Shown here: piece after piece, positions 28,701 through 43,300 of the stretch
Layout: the number at the start of each line of letters is the position of its first letter
Position numbering within the stretch: position 1 is the first letter of the stretch
Assembly: GCF_009914755.1 (NCBI RefSeq)
Contig: NC_060925.1
Origin: the human T2T-CHM13v2.0 reference genome, Homo sapiens
Strand: one strand, 5' to 3'
DNA: 64,000 nt
Translations under genes and position numbers: made by a program
The notes under the pieces: model-generated
Seen by the model: only the letters and a program-made list of their open reading frames with translations
Databases searched by the model: none
Told to the model about the DNA's origin: nothing

Positions 28701-31389
28701 CGGAATTATCGAATGGAATCGAAGAGAATCTTCGAACGGACCCGAATGGAATCATCTAATGGAATGGAATGGAATAATCCATGGACTCGAATGCAATCAT
28801 CATCGAATGGAATCGAATGGAATCATCGAATGGACTCGAATGGAATAATCATTGAACGGAATCGAATGGAATCATCATCGGATGGAAACGAATGGAATCA
28901 TCATCGAATGGAAATGAAAGGAGTCATCATCTAATGGAATTGCATGGAATCATCATAAAATGGAATCCAATGGAATCAACATCAAATGGAATCAAATGGA
29001 ATCATTGAACGGAATTGAATGGAATCGTCATCGAATGAATTGACTGCAATCATCGAATGGTCTCGAATGGAATCATCTTCAAATGGAGAGGAATGGAATC
29101 ATCGCATAGAATCGAATGGAATTATCATCGAATGGAATCGAATGGAATCAACATCAAACGGAAAAAAACGGAATTATCGAATGGAATCGAAGAGAATCAT
29201 CGAATGGACCCGAATGGAATCATCTAATGGAATGGAATGGAATAATCCATGGACTCGAATGCAATCATCATCGAATGGAATCGAATGGAATCATCGAATG
29301 GACTCGAATGGAATAATCATTGAACGGAATCGAATGGAATCATCATCGGATGGAAATGAAAGGAATCATCATCGATTGGAATCGAATAGAATTATGGAAT
29401 GAAATCCAGTGTGATCATCATCGAATGGACCCGAATGGAATCATCATCCAACGGAAGCTAATGGAATCAACATCGAATGAATCGAATGGAAACACCATCG
29501 AATTGAAACGAATGGAATTATCATGAAATTGAAATGGATGGACTCATCATCGAATGGATTCGAATGGAATCATCGAATAAAATTGATTGAAATCATCATC
29601 CAATGGAATCGAATGGTATCATTGAATGGAATCGAATGGAATCATCATCAGATGGAAATGAATGGAATCGTCATAGAATGGAATCGAATGGATTCATTGA
29701 ATGGAATCAGATGGAATCATCGAATGGACTGGAATGGAATCATTGAATGGACTCGAAAGGGATCATGATTGAATGGAATTGAATGGAATCATCGAATGGT
29801 CTCGATTGGAATCATTATCAAATGGAATCGAATGGAATCACCGAATAGAATCGAATGGAACAATCATCGAATGGACTCAAATGGAATTATCCTCAAATGG
29901 AATCGAATGGAATTATCGAATGCAATCGAATGGAATTATCGAATGCAATCGAATAGAATCATCGAATGGACTCGAATGGAATCATCGAATGGAATGGAAT
30001 GGAACAGTCAATGAACTCGAATGGAATCATCATTGAATGGAATCGAATGGAATCATCGAGTGGAATCGAATGGAATTATGATCAAATGGAATCGAATGTA
30101 ATCATCATCAAATGGAATCAAAAATAACCATCATCAATTGGTATTGAATGGAATTGTCATCAAATGGAATTCAAAGGAATCATCATCAAATGGAACCGAA
30201 TGGAATCCTCATTGAATGGAAATGAAAGGGGTCATCATCTAATGGAATCGCATGGAATCATCATCAAATGGAATCGAATGGAATCATCATCAAATGGAAT
30301 CTAATGGAATCATTGAACAGAATTGAATGGAATCGTCATCGAATGAATTGAATGCAATCATCGAATGGTCTCGAATGGAATCATCTTCTAATGGAAAGGA
30401 ATGGAATCATCGCATAGAATCGAATGGAATTATCATCGAATGGAATCGAATGGTATCAACACCAAACGGAAAAAAACGGAATTATCGAATGGAATCGAAG
30501 AGAATCTTCGAACGGACCGGAATGGAATCATCTAATGGAATGGAATGGAATAATCCATGGACTCGAATGCAATCATCATCGAATGGAATCGAATGGAATC
30601 ATCGAATGGACTCGAATGGAATAATCATTGAACGGAATCGAATGGAATCATCATCGGATGGAAACGAATGGAATCATCATCGAATGGAAATGAAAGGAGT
30701 CATCATCTAATGGAATTGCATGGAATCATCATAAAATGGAATCGAAAGGAATCAACATCAAATGGAATCAAATGGAATCATTGAACGGAATTGAATGGAA
30801 TCGTCATCGAATGAATTGACTGCAATCATCGAATGGTCTCGAATGGAATCATCTTCAAATGGAATGGAATGGAATCATCGCATAGAATCGAATGGAAGTA
30901 TCATCGAATGGAATCGAATGGAATCAACATCAAACGGAAAAAAACGGAATTATCGAATGGAATCGAAGAGAATCATCGAATGGACCCGAATGGAATCATC
31001 TAATGGAATGGAATGGAATAATCCATGGACTCGAATGCAATCATCATCGAATGGAATCGAATGGAATCATCGAATGAACTCCAATGGAATCATCATTGAA
31101 TGGAATCGAATGGAATCATCGAGTGGAATCGAATGGAATTATGATCAAATGGAATCGAATGTAATCATCATCAAATGGAATCAAAAATAACCATCATCAA
31201 TTGGTATTGAATGGAATTGTCATCAAAAGGAATTCAAAGGAATCATCATCAAATGGAACCGAATGGAATCCTCATTGAATGGAAATGAAAGGGGTCATCA
31301 TCTAATGGAATCGCAAGGAATCATCATCAAATGGAATCGAATGGAATCATCATCAAATGGAATGTAATGGAATCATTGAACAGAATTGA

Positions 31390-32697
31390 ATGGAATCGTC
31401 ATCGAATGAATTGAATGCAATCATCGAATGGTCTCGAATGGAATCATCTTCTAATGGAAAGGAATGGAATCATCGCATAGAATCGAATTGAATTATCATC
31501 GAATGGAATCGAATGGTATCAACACCAAACGGAAAAAAACGGAATTATCGAATGGAATCGAAGAGAATCTTCGAACGGACCCGAATGGAATCATCTAATG
31601 GAATGGAATGGAATAATCCATGGACTCGAATGCAATCATCATCGAATGGAATCGAATGGAATCATCGAATGGACTCGAATGGAATAATCATTGAACGGAA
31701 TCGATTGGAATCATCATCGGATGGAAATGAAAGGAATCATCATCGAATGGAATCGAATAGAATTATGGAATGAAATCCAGTGTGATCATCATCGAATGGA
31801 CCCGAATGGAATCATCATCCAACGGAAGCTAATGGAATCAACATCGAATGAATCGAATGGAAACACCATCGAATTGAAACGAATGGAATTATCATGAAAC
31901 TGAAATGGATGGACTCATCATCGAATGGATTCGAATGGAATCATCGAATACAATTGATTGAAATCATCATCGAATGGAATCGAATGGTATCATTGAATGG
32001 AATCGAATGGAATCATCATCAGATGGAAATGAATGGAATCGTCATAGAATGGAATCGAATGGATTCATTGAATGGAATCAGATGGAATCATCGAATGGAC
32101 TGGAATGGAATCATTGAATGGACTCGAAAGGGATCATAATTGAATGGAATTGAATGGAATCATCGAATGGTCTCGATTGGAATCATTATCAAATGGAATC
32201 GAATGGAATCACCGAATAGAATCGAATGGAACAATCATCGAATGGACTCAAATGGAATTATCCTCCAATGGAATCGAATGGAATTATCGAATGCAATCGA
32301 ATGGAATTATCGAATGCAATCGAATAGAATCATCGAATGGACTCGAATGGAATCATCGAATGGAATGGAATGGAACAGTCAATGAACTCGAATGGAATCA
32401 TCATTGAATGGAATCGAATGGAATCATCGAGTGGAATCGAATGGAATTATGATCAAATGGAATCGAATGTAATCATCATCAAATGGAATCAAAAATAACC
32501 ATCATCAATTGGTATTGAATGGAATTGTCATCAAATGGAATTCAAAGGAATCATCATCAAATGGAACCGAATGGAATCCTCATTGAATGGAAATGAAAGG
32601 GGTCATCATCTAATGGAATCGCATGGAATCATCATCAAATGGAATCGAATGGAATCATCATCAAATGGAATCTAATGGAATCATTGAACAGAATTGA
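31390..32697. repeat. 1308-bp unit with a single chimeric A/B sub-unit (468-bp deletion)
   Basis: 1776-468=1308. A-type diagnostics up to ~31705 run directly into the B-type tail (GAATAGAATTATGGAATGAAATCCAGTGTG). Confidence 0.9.
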
Positions 32698-35600
32698 ATG
32701 GAATCGTCATCGAATGAATTGAATGCAATCATCGAATAGTCTCGAATGGAATCATCTTCTAATGGAAAGGAATGGAATCATCGCATAGAATCGAATGGAA
32801 TTATCATCGAATGGAATCGAATGGTATCAACACCAAACGGAAAAAAACGGAATTATCGAATGGAATCGAAGAGAATCTTCGAACGGACCCGAATGGAATC
32901 ATCTAATGGAATGGAATGGAATAATCCATGGACTCGAATGCAATCATCATCGAATGGAATCGAATGGAATCATCGAATGGACTCGAATGGAATAATCATT
33001 GAACGGAATCGATTGGAATCATCATCGGATGGAAACGAATGGAATCATCATCGAATGGAAATGAAAGGAGTCATCATCTAATGGAATTGCATGGAATCAT
33101 CATAAAATGGAATCGAATGGAATCAACATCAAATGGAATCAAATGGAATCATTGAACGGAATTGAATGGAATCGTCATCGAATGAATTGACTGCAATCAT
33201 CCAATGGTCTCGAATGGAATCATCTTCAAATGGAATGGAATGGAATCATCGCATAGAATCGAATGGAATTATCATCGAATGGAATCGAATGGAATCAACA
33301 TCAAACGGAAAAAAACGGAATTATCGAATGGAATCGAAGAGAATCATCGAATGGACCCGAATGGAATCATCTAATGGAATGGAATGGAATAATCCATGGA
33401 CTCGAATGCAATCATCATCGAATGGAATCGAATGGAATCATCGAATGGACTCGAATGGAATAATCATTGAACGGAATCGAATGGAATCATCATCGGATGG
33501 AAATGAATGGAATCATCATCGAATGGAATCGAATAGAATTATGGAATGAAATCCAGTGTGATCATCATCGAATGGACCCGAATGGAATCATCATCCAACG
33601 GAAGCTAATGGAATCAACATCGAATGAATCAAATGGAAACACCATCGAATTGAAACGAATGGAATTATCATGAAATTGAAATGGATGGACTCATCATCGA
33701 ATGGATTCGAATGGAATCATCGAATAAAATTGATTGAAATCATCATCCAATGGAATCGAATGGTATCATTGAATGGAATCGAATGGAATCATCATCAGAT
33801 GGAAATGAATGGAATCGTCATAGAATGGAATCGAATGGATTCATTGAATTGAATCAGATGGAATCATCGAATGGACTGGAATGGAATCATTGAATGGACT
33901 CGAAAGGGATCATGATTGAATGGAATTGAATGGAATCATCGAATGGTCTCGATTGGAATCATTATCAAATGGAATCGAATGGAATCACCGAATAGAATCG
34001 AATGGAACAATCATCGAATGGACTCAAATGGAATTATCCTCAAATGGAATCGAATGGAATTATCGAATGCAATCGAATGGAATTATCGAATGCAATCGAA
34101 TAGAATCATCGAATGGACTCGAATGGAATCATCGAATGGAATGGAATGGAACAGTCAATGAACTCGAATGGAATCATCATTGAATGGAATCGAATGGAAT
34201 CATCGAGTGGAATCGAATGGAATTATGATCAAATGGAATCGAATGTAATCATCATCAAATGGAATCAAAAATAACCATCATCAATTGGTATTGAATGGAA
34301 TTGTCATCAAATGGAATTCAAAGGAATCATCATCAAATGGAACCGAATGGAATCCTCATTGAATGGAAATGAAAGGGGTCATCATCTAATGGAATCGCAT
34401 GGAATCATCATCTAATGGAATCGAATGGAATCATCATCAAATGGAATCTAATGGAATCATTGAACAGAATTGAATGGAATCGTCATCGAATGAATTGAAT
34501 GCAATCATCGAATGGTCTCGAATGGAATCATCTTCTAATGGAAAGGAATGGAATCATCGCATAGAATCGAATGGAATTATCATCGAATGGAATCGAATGG
34601 TATCAACACCAAACGGAAAAAAACGGAATTATCGAATGGAATCGAAGAGAATCTTCGAACGGACCCGAATGGAATCATCTAATGGAATGGAATGGAATAA
34701 TCCATGGACTCGAATGCAATCATCATCGAATGGAATCGAATGGAATCATCGAATGGACTCGAATGGAATAATCATTGAACGGAATCGAATGGAATCATCA
34801 TCGGATGGAAACGAATGGAATCATCATCGAATGGAAATGAAAGGAGTCATCATCTAATGGAATTGCATGGAATCATCATAAAATGGAATCGAATGGAATC
34901 AACATCAAATGGAATCAAATGGAATCATTGAACGGAATTGAATGGAATCGTCATCGAATGAATTGACTGCAATCATCGAATGGTCTCGAATGGAATCATC
35001 TTCAAATGGAATGGAATGGAATCATCGCATAGAATCGAATGGAATTATCATCGAATGGAATCGAATGGAATCAACATCAAACGGAAAAAAACGGAATTAT
35101 CGAATGGAATCGAAGAGAATCATCGAATGGACCCGAATGGAATCATCTAATGGAATGGAATGGAATAATCCATGGACTCGAATGCAATCATCATCGAATG
35201 TAATCGAATGGAATCATCGAATGAACTCGAATGGAATCATCATTGAATGGAATCGAATGGAATCATCGAGTGGAATCGAATGGAATTATGATCAAATGGA
35301 ATCGAATGTAATCATCATCAAATGGAATCAAAAATAACCATCATCAATTGGTATTGAATGGAAGTGTCATCAAATGGAATTCAAAGGAATCATCATCAAA
35401 TGGAACCGAATGGAATCCTCATTGAATGGAAATGAAAGGGGTCATCATCTAATGGAATCGCATGGAATCATCATCAAATGGAATCGAATGGAATCATCAT
35501 CAAATGGAATCTAATGGAATCATTGAACAGAATTGAATGGAATCGTCATCGAATGAATTGAATGCAATCATCGAATGGTCTCGAATGGAATCATCTTCTA

Positions 35601-37312
35601 ATGGAAAGGAATGGAATCATCGCATAGAATCGAATGGAATTATCATCGAATGGAATCGAATGGTATCAACACCAAACGGAAAAAAACGGAATTATCGAAT
35701 GGAATCGAAGAGAATCTTCGAACGGACCCGAATGGAATCATCTAATGGAATGGAATGGAATAATCCATGGACTCGAATGCAATCATCATCGAATGGAATG
35801 GAATGGAATCATCGAATGGACTCGAATGGAATAATCATTGAACGGAATCGAATGGAATCATCATCGGATGGAAACGAATGGAATCATCATCGAATGGAAA
35901 TGAAAGGAGGCATCATCTAATGGAATTGCATGGAATCATCATAAAATGGAATCGAATGGAATCAACATCAAATGGAATCAAATGGAATCATTGAACGGAA
36001 TTGAATGGAATCGTCATCGAATGAATTGACTGCAATCATCGAATGGTCTCGAATGGAATCATCTTCAAATGGAATGGAATGGAATCATCGCATAGAATCG
36101 AATGGAATTATCATCGAATGGAATCGAATGGAATCAACATCAAACGGAAAAAAACGGAATTATCGAATGGAATCGAAGAGAATCATCGAATGGACCCGAA
36201 TGGAATCATCTAATGGAATGGAATGGAATAATCCATGGACTCGAATGCAATCATCATCGAATGGAATCGAATGGAATCATCGAATGGACTCGAATGGAAT
36301 AATCATTGAACGGAATCGAATGGAATCATCATCGGATGGAAATGAATGGAATCATCATCGAATGGAATCGAATAGAATTATGGAATGAAATCCAGTGTGA
36401 TCATCATCGAATGGACCCGAATGGAATCATCATCCAACGGAAGCTAATGGAATCAACATCGAATGAATCGAATGGAAACACCATCGAATTGAAACGAATG
36501 GAATTATCATGAAATTGAAATGGATGGACTCATCATCGAATGGATTCGAATGGAATCATCGAATGAAATTGATTGAAATCATCATCGAATGGAATCGAAT
36601 GGTATCATTGAATGGAATCGAATGGAATCATCATCAGATGGAAATGAATGGAATCGTCATAGAATGGAATCGAATGGATTCATTGAATGGAATCAGATGG
36701 AATCATCGAATGGACTGGAATGGAATCATTGAATGGACTCGAAAGGGATCATGATTGAATGGAATTGAATGGAATCATCGAATGGTCTCGATTGGAATCA
36801 TTATCAAATGGAATCGAATGGAATCACCGAATAGAATCGAATGGAACAATCATCGAATGGACTCAAATGGAATTATCCTCAAATGCAATCGAATGGAATT
36901 ATCGAATGCAATCGAATGGAATTATCGAATGCAATCGAATATAATCATCGAATGGACTCGAATGGAATCATCGAATGGAATGTAATGGAACAGTCAATGA
37001 ACTCGAATGGAATCATCATTGAATGGAATCGAATGGAATCATCGAGTGGAATCGAATGGAATTATGATCAAATGCAATCGAATGTAATCCTCATCAAATG
37101 GAATCAAAAATAACCATCATCAATTGGTATTGAATGGAATTGTCATCAAATGGAATTCAAAGGAATCATCATCAAATGGAACCGAATGGAATCCTCATTG
37201 AATGGAAATGAAAGGGGTCATCATCTAATGGAATCGCATGGAATCATCATCAAATGGAATCGAATGGAATCATCATCAAATGGAATCTAATGGAATCATT
37301 GAACAGAATTGA

Positions 37313-40300
37313 ATGGAATCGTCATCGAATGAATTGAATGCAATCATCGAATGGTCTCGAATGGAATCATCTTCTAATGGAAAGGAATGGAATCATCGCA
37401 TAGAATCGAATGGAATTATCATCGAATGGAATCGAATGGTATCAACACCAAACGGAAAAAAACGGAATTATCGAATGGAATCGAAGAGAATCTTCGAACG
37501 GACCCGAATGGAATCATCTAATGGAATGGAATGGAATAATCCATGGACTCGAATGCAATCATCATCGAATGGAATCGAATGGAATCATCGAATGGACTCG
37601 AATGGAATAATCATTGAACGGAATCGAATGGAATCATCATCGGATGGAAACGAATGGAATCATCATCGAATGGAAATGAAAGGAGTCATCATCTAATGGA
37701 ATTGCATGGAATCATCATAAAATGGAATCCAATGGAATCAACATCAAATGGAATCAAATGGAATCATTGAACGGAATTGAATGGAATCGTCATCGAATGA
37801 ATTGACTGCAATCATCGAATGGTCTCGAATGGAATCAACTTCAAATGGAATGGAATGGAATCATCGAATAGAATCGAATGGAATTATCATCGAATGGAAT
37901 CAACATCAAACGGAAAAAAACGGAATTATCGAATGGAATCGAAGAGAATCATCGAATGGACCCGAACGGAATCATCTAATGGAATGGAATGGAATAATCC
38001 ATGGACTCGAATGCAATCATCATCGAATGGAATCGAATGGAATCATCGAATGGACTCGAATGGAATAATCATTGAACGGAATCGAATGGAATCATCATCG
38101 GTTGGAAATGAATGGAATCATCATCGAATGGAATCGAATAGAATTATGGAATGAAATCCAGTGTGATCATCATCGAATGGACCCGAATGGAATCATCATC
38201 CAACGGAAGCTAATGGAATCATCATCGAATGAATCAAATGGAAACACCATCGAATTGAAACGAATGGAATTATCATGAAATTGAAATGGATGGACTCATC
38301 ATCGAATGGATTCCAATGGAATCATCGAATAAAATTGATTGAAATCATCATCGAATGGAATCGAATGGTATCATTGAATGGAATCGAATGGAATCATCAT
38401 CAGATGGAAATGAATGGAATCGTCATAGAATGGAATCGAATGGATTCATTGAATTGAATCAGATGGAATCATCGAATGGACTGGAATGGAATCATTGAAT
38501 GGACTCGAAAGGGATCATGATTGAATGGAATTGAATGGAATCATCGAATGGTCTCGATTGGAATCATTATCAAATGGAATCGAATGGAATCACCGAATAG
38601 AATCGAATGGAACAATCATCGAATGGACTCAAATGGAATTATCCTCAAATGGAATCGAATGGAATTATCGAATGCAATCGAATGGAATTATCGAATGCAA
38701 TCGAATAGAATCATCGAATGGACTCGAATGGAATCATCGAATGGAATGGAATGGAACAGTCAATGAACTCGAATGGAATCATCATTGAATGGAATCGAAT
38801 GGAATCATCGAGTGGAATCGAATGGAATTATGATCAAATGGAATCGAATGTAATCATCATCAAATGGAATCAAAAATAACCATCATCAATTGGTATTGAA
38901 TGGAATTGTCATCAAATGGAATTCAAAGGAATCATCATCAAATGGAACCGAATGGAATCCTCATTGAATGGAAATGAAAGGGGTCATCATCTAATGGATT
39001 CGCATGGAATCATCATCTAATGGAATCGAATGGAATCATCATCAAATGGAATCTAATGGAATCATTGAACAGAATTGAATGGAATCGTCATCGAATGAAT
39101 TGAATGCAATCATCGAATGGTCTCGAATGGAATCATCTTCTAATGGAAAGGAATGGAATCATCGCATAGAATCGAATGGAATTATCATCGAATGGAATCG
39201 AATGGTATCAACACCAAACGGAAAAAAACGGAATTATCGAATGGAATCGAAGAGAATCTTCGAACGGACCCGAATGGAATCATCTAATGGAATGGAATGG
39301 AATAATCCATGGACTCGAATGCAATCATCATCGAATGGAATCGAATGGAATCATCGAATGGACTCGAATGGAATAATCATTGAACGGAATCGAATGGAAT
39401 CATCATCGGATGGAAACGAATGGAATCATCATCGAATGGAAATGAAAGGAGTCATCATCTAATGGAATTGCATGGAATCATCATAAAATGGAATCGAATG
39501 GAATCAACATCAAATGGAATCAAATGGAATCATTGAACGGAATTGAATGGAATCGTCATCGAATGAATTGACTGCAATCATCGAATGGTCTCGAATGGAA
39601 TCATCTTCAAATGGAATGGAATGGAATCATCGCATAGAATCGAATGGAATTATCATCGAATGGAATTGAATGGAATCAACATCAAACGGAAAAAAACGGA
39701 ATTATCGAATGGAATCGAAGAGAATCATCGAATGGACCCGAATGGAATCATCTAATGGAATGGAATGGAATAATCCATGGACTCGAATGCAATCATCATC
39801 GAATGGAATCGAATGGAATCATCGAATGGACTCGAATGGAATAATCATTGAACGGAAACGAATGGAATCATCATCGGATGGAAATGAATGGAATCATCAT
39901 CGAATGGAATCGAATAGAATTATGGAATGAAATCCAGTGTGATCATCATCGAATGGACCCGAATGGAATCATCATCCAACGGAAGCTAATGGAATCAACA
40001 TCGAATGAATCGAATGGAAACACCATCGAATTGAAACGAATGGAATTATCATGAAATTGAAATGGATGGACTCATCATCGAATGGATTCGAATGGAATCA
40101 TCGAATAAAATTGATTGAAATCATCATCGAATGGAATCGAATGGTATCATTGAATGGAATCGAATGGAATCATCATCAGATGGAAATGAATGGAATCGTC
40201 ATAGAATGGAATCGAATGGATTCATTGAATGGAATCAGATGGAATCATCGAATGGACTGGAATGGAATCATTGAATGGACTCGAAAGGGATCATTATTGA

Positions 40301-43300
40301 ATGCAATTGAATGGAATCATCGAATGGTCTCGATTGGAATCATTATCAAATGGAATCGAATGGAATCACCGAATAGAATCGAATGGAACAATCATCGAAT
40401 GGACTCAAATGGAATTATCCTCAAATGGAATCGAATGGAATTATCGAATGCAATCGAATGGAATTATCGAATGCAATCGAATAGAATCATCGAATGGACT
40501 CGAATGGAATCATCGAATGGAATGGAATGGAACAGTCAATGAACACGAATGGAATCATCATTGAATGGAATCGAATGGAATCATCGAGTGGAATCGAATG
40601 GAATTATGATCAAATGGAATCGAATGTAATCATCATCAAATGGAATCAAAAATAACCATCATCAATTGGTATTGAATGGAATTGTCATCAAATGGAATTC
40701 AAAGGAATCATCATCAAATGGAACCGAATGGAATCCTCATTGAATGGAAATGAAAGGGGTCATCATCTAATGGAATCGCATGGAATCATCATCAAATGGA
40801 ATCGAATGGAATCATCATCAAATGGAATCTAATGGAATCATTGAACAGAAATGAATGGAATGGTCATTGAATGAATTGAATGCAATCATCGAATGGTCTC
40901 GAATGGAATCATCTTCTAATGGAAAGGAATGGAATCATCGCATAGAATCGAATGGAATTATCATCGAATGGAATCGAATGGTATCAACACCAAACGGAAA
41001 AAAACGGAATTATCGAATGGAATCGAAGAGAATCTTCGAACGGACCCGAATGGAATCATCTAATGGAATAGAATGGAATAATCCATGGACTCGAATGCAA
41101 TCATCATCGAATGGAATCGAATGGAATCATCGAATGGAATCGAATGGAATAATCATTGAACGGAATCGAATGGAATCATCATCGGATGGAAACGAATGGA
41201 ATCATCATCGAATGGAAATGAAAGGAGTCATCATCTAATGGAATTGCATGGAATCATCATAAAATGGAATCGAATGGAATCAACATCAAATGGAATCAAA
41301 TGGAATCATTGAACGGAATTGAATGGAATCGTCATCGAATGAATTGACTGCAATCATCGAATGGTCTCGGAATCATCTTCAAATGGAATGGAATGGAATC
41401 ATCGCATAGAATCGAATGGAATTATCATCGAATGGAATCGAATGGAATCAACATCAAACGGAAAAAAACGGAATTATCGAATGGAATCGAAGAGAATCAT
41501 CGAATGGACCCGAATGGAATCATCTAATGGAATGGAATGGAATAATCCATGGACTCGAATGCAATCATCATCGAATGGAATCGAATGGAATCATCGAATG
41601 AACTCGAATGGAATCATCATTGAATGGAATCGAATGGAATCATCGAGTGGAATCGAATGGAATTATGATCAAATGGAATCGAATGTAATCATCATCAAAT
41701 GGAATCAAAAATAACCATCATCAATTGGTATTGAATGGAATTGTCATCAAATGGAATTCAAAGGAATCATCATCAAATGGAACCGAATGGAATCCTCATT
41801 GAATGGAAATGAAAGGGGTCATCATCTAATGGAATCGCATGGAATCATCATCAAATGGAATCGAATGGAATCATCATCAAATGGAATCTAATGGAATCAT
41901 TGAACAGAATTGAATGGAATCGTCATCGAATGAATTGAATGCAATCATCGAATGGTCTCGAATGGAATCATCTTCTAATGGAAAGGAATGGAATCATCGC
42001 ATAGAATCGAATGGAATTATCATCGAATGGAATCGAATGGTATCAACACCAAACGGAAAAAAACGGAATTATCGAATGGAATCGAAGAGAATCTTCGAAC
42101 GGACCCGAATGGAATCATCTAATGGAATGGAATGGAATAATCCATGGACTCGAATGCAATCATCATCGAATGGAATCGAATGGAATCATCGAATGGACTC
42201 GAATGGAATAATCATTGAACGGAATCGAATGGAATCATCATCGGATGGAAACGAATGGAATCATCATCGAATGGAAATGAAAGGAGTCATCATCTAATGG
42301 AATTGCATGGAATCATCATAAAATGGAATCGAATGGAATCAACATCAAATGGAATCAAATGGAATCATTGAACGGAATTGAATGGAATCGTCATCGAATG
42401 AATTGACTGCAATCATCGAATGGTCTCGAATGGAATCATCTTCAAATGGAATGGAATGGAATCATCGCATAGAATCGAATGGAATTATCATCGAATGGAA
42501 TCGAATGGAATCAACATCAAACGGAAAAAAACGGAATTATCGAATGGAATCGAAGAGAATCATCGAATGGACCCGAATGGAATCATCTAATGGAATGGAA
42601 TGGAATAATCCATGGACTCGAATGCAATCATCATCGAATGGAATCGAATGGAATCATCGAATGGACTCGAATGGAATAATCATTGAACGGAAACGAATGG
42701 AATCATCATCGGATGGAAATGAATGGAATCATCATCGAATGGAATCGAATAGAATTATGGAATGAAATCCAGTGTGATCATCATCGAATGGACCCGAATG
42801 GAATCATCATCCAACGGAAGCTAATGGAATCAACATCGAATGAATCGAATGGAAACACCATCGAATTGAAACGAATGGAATTATCATGAAATTGAAATGG
42901 ATGGACTCATCATCGAATGGATTCGAATGGAATCATCGAATAAAATTGATTGAAATCATCATCGAATGGAATCGAATGGTATCATTGAATGGAATCGAAT
43001 GGAATCATCATCAGATGGAAATGAATGGAATCGTCATAGAATGGAATCGAATGGATTCATTGAATGGAATCAGATGGAATCATCGAATGGACTGGAATGG
43101 AATCATTGAATGGACTCGAAAGGGATCATGATTGAATGGAATTGAATGGAATCATCGAATGGTCTCGATTGGAATCATTATCAAATGGAATCGAATGGAA
43201 TCACCGAATAGAATCGAATGGAACAATCATCGAATGGACTCAAATGGAATTATCCTCAAATGGAATCGAATGGAATTATCGAATGCAATCGAATGGAATT

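Noticed and set aside
40051-40542. Longest ORFs (163 aa; also 7527-8018 and 46428-46919)
   Set aside because: They arise from a single TGA>TTA change (GGATCATTATTG) fusing two repeat frames; low complexity with no domain-like content.
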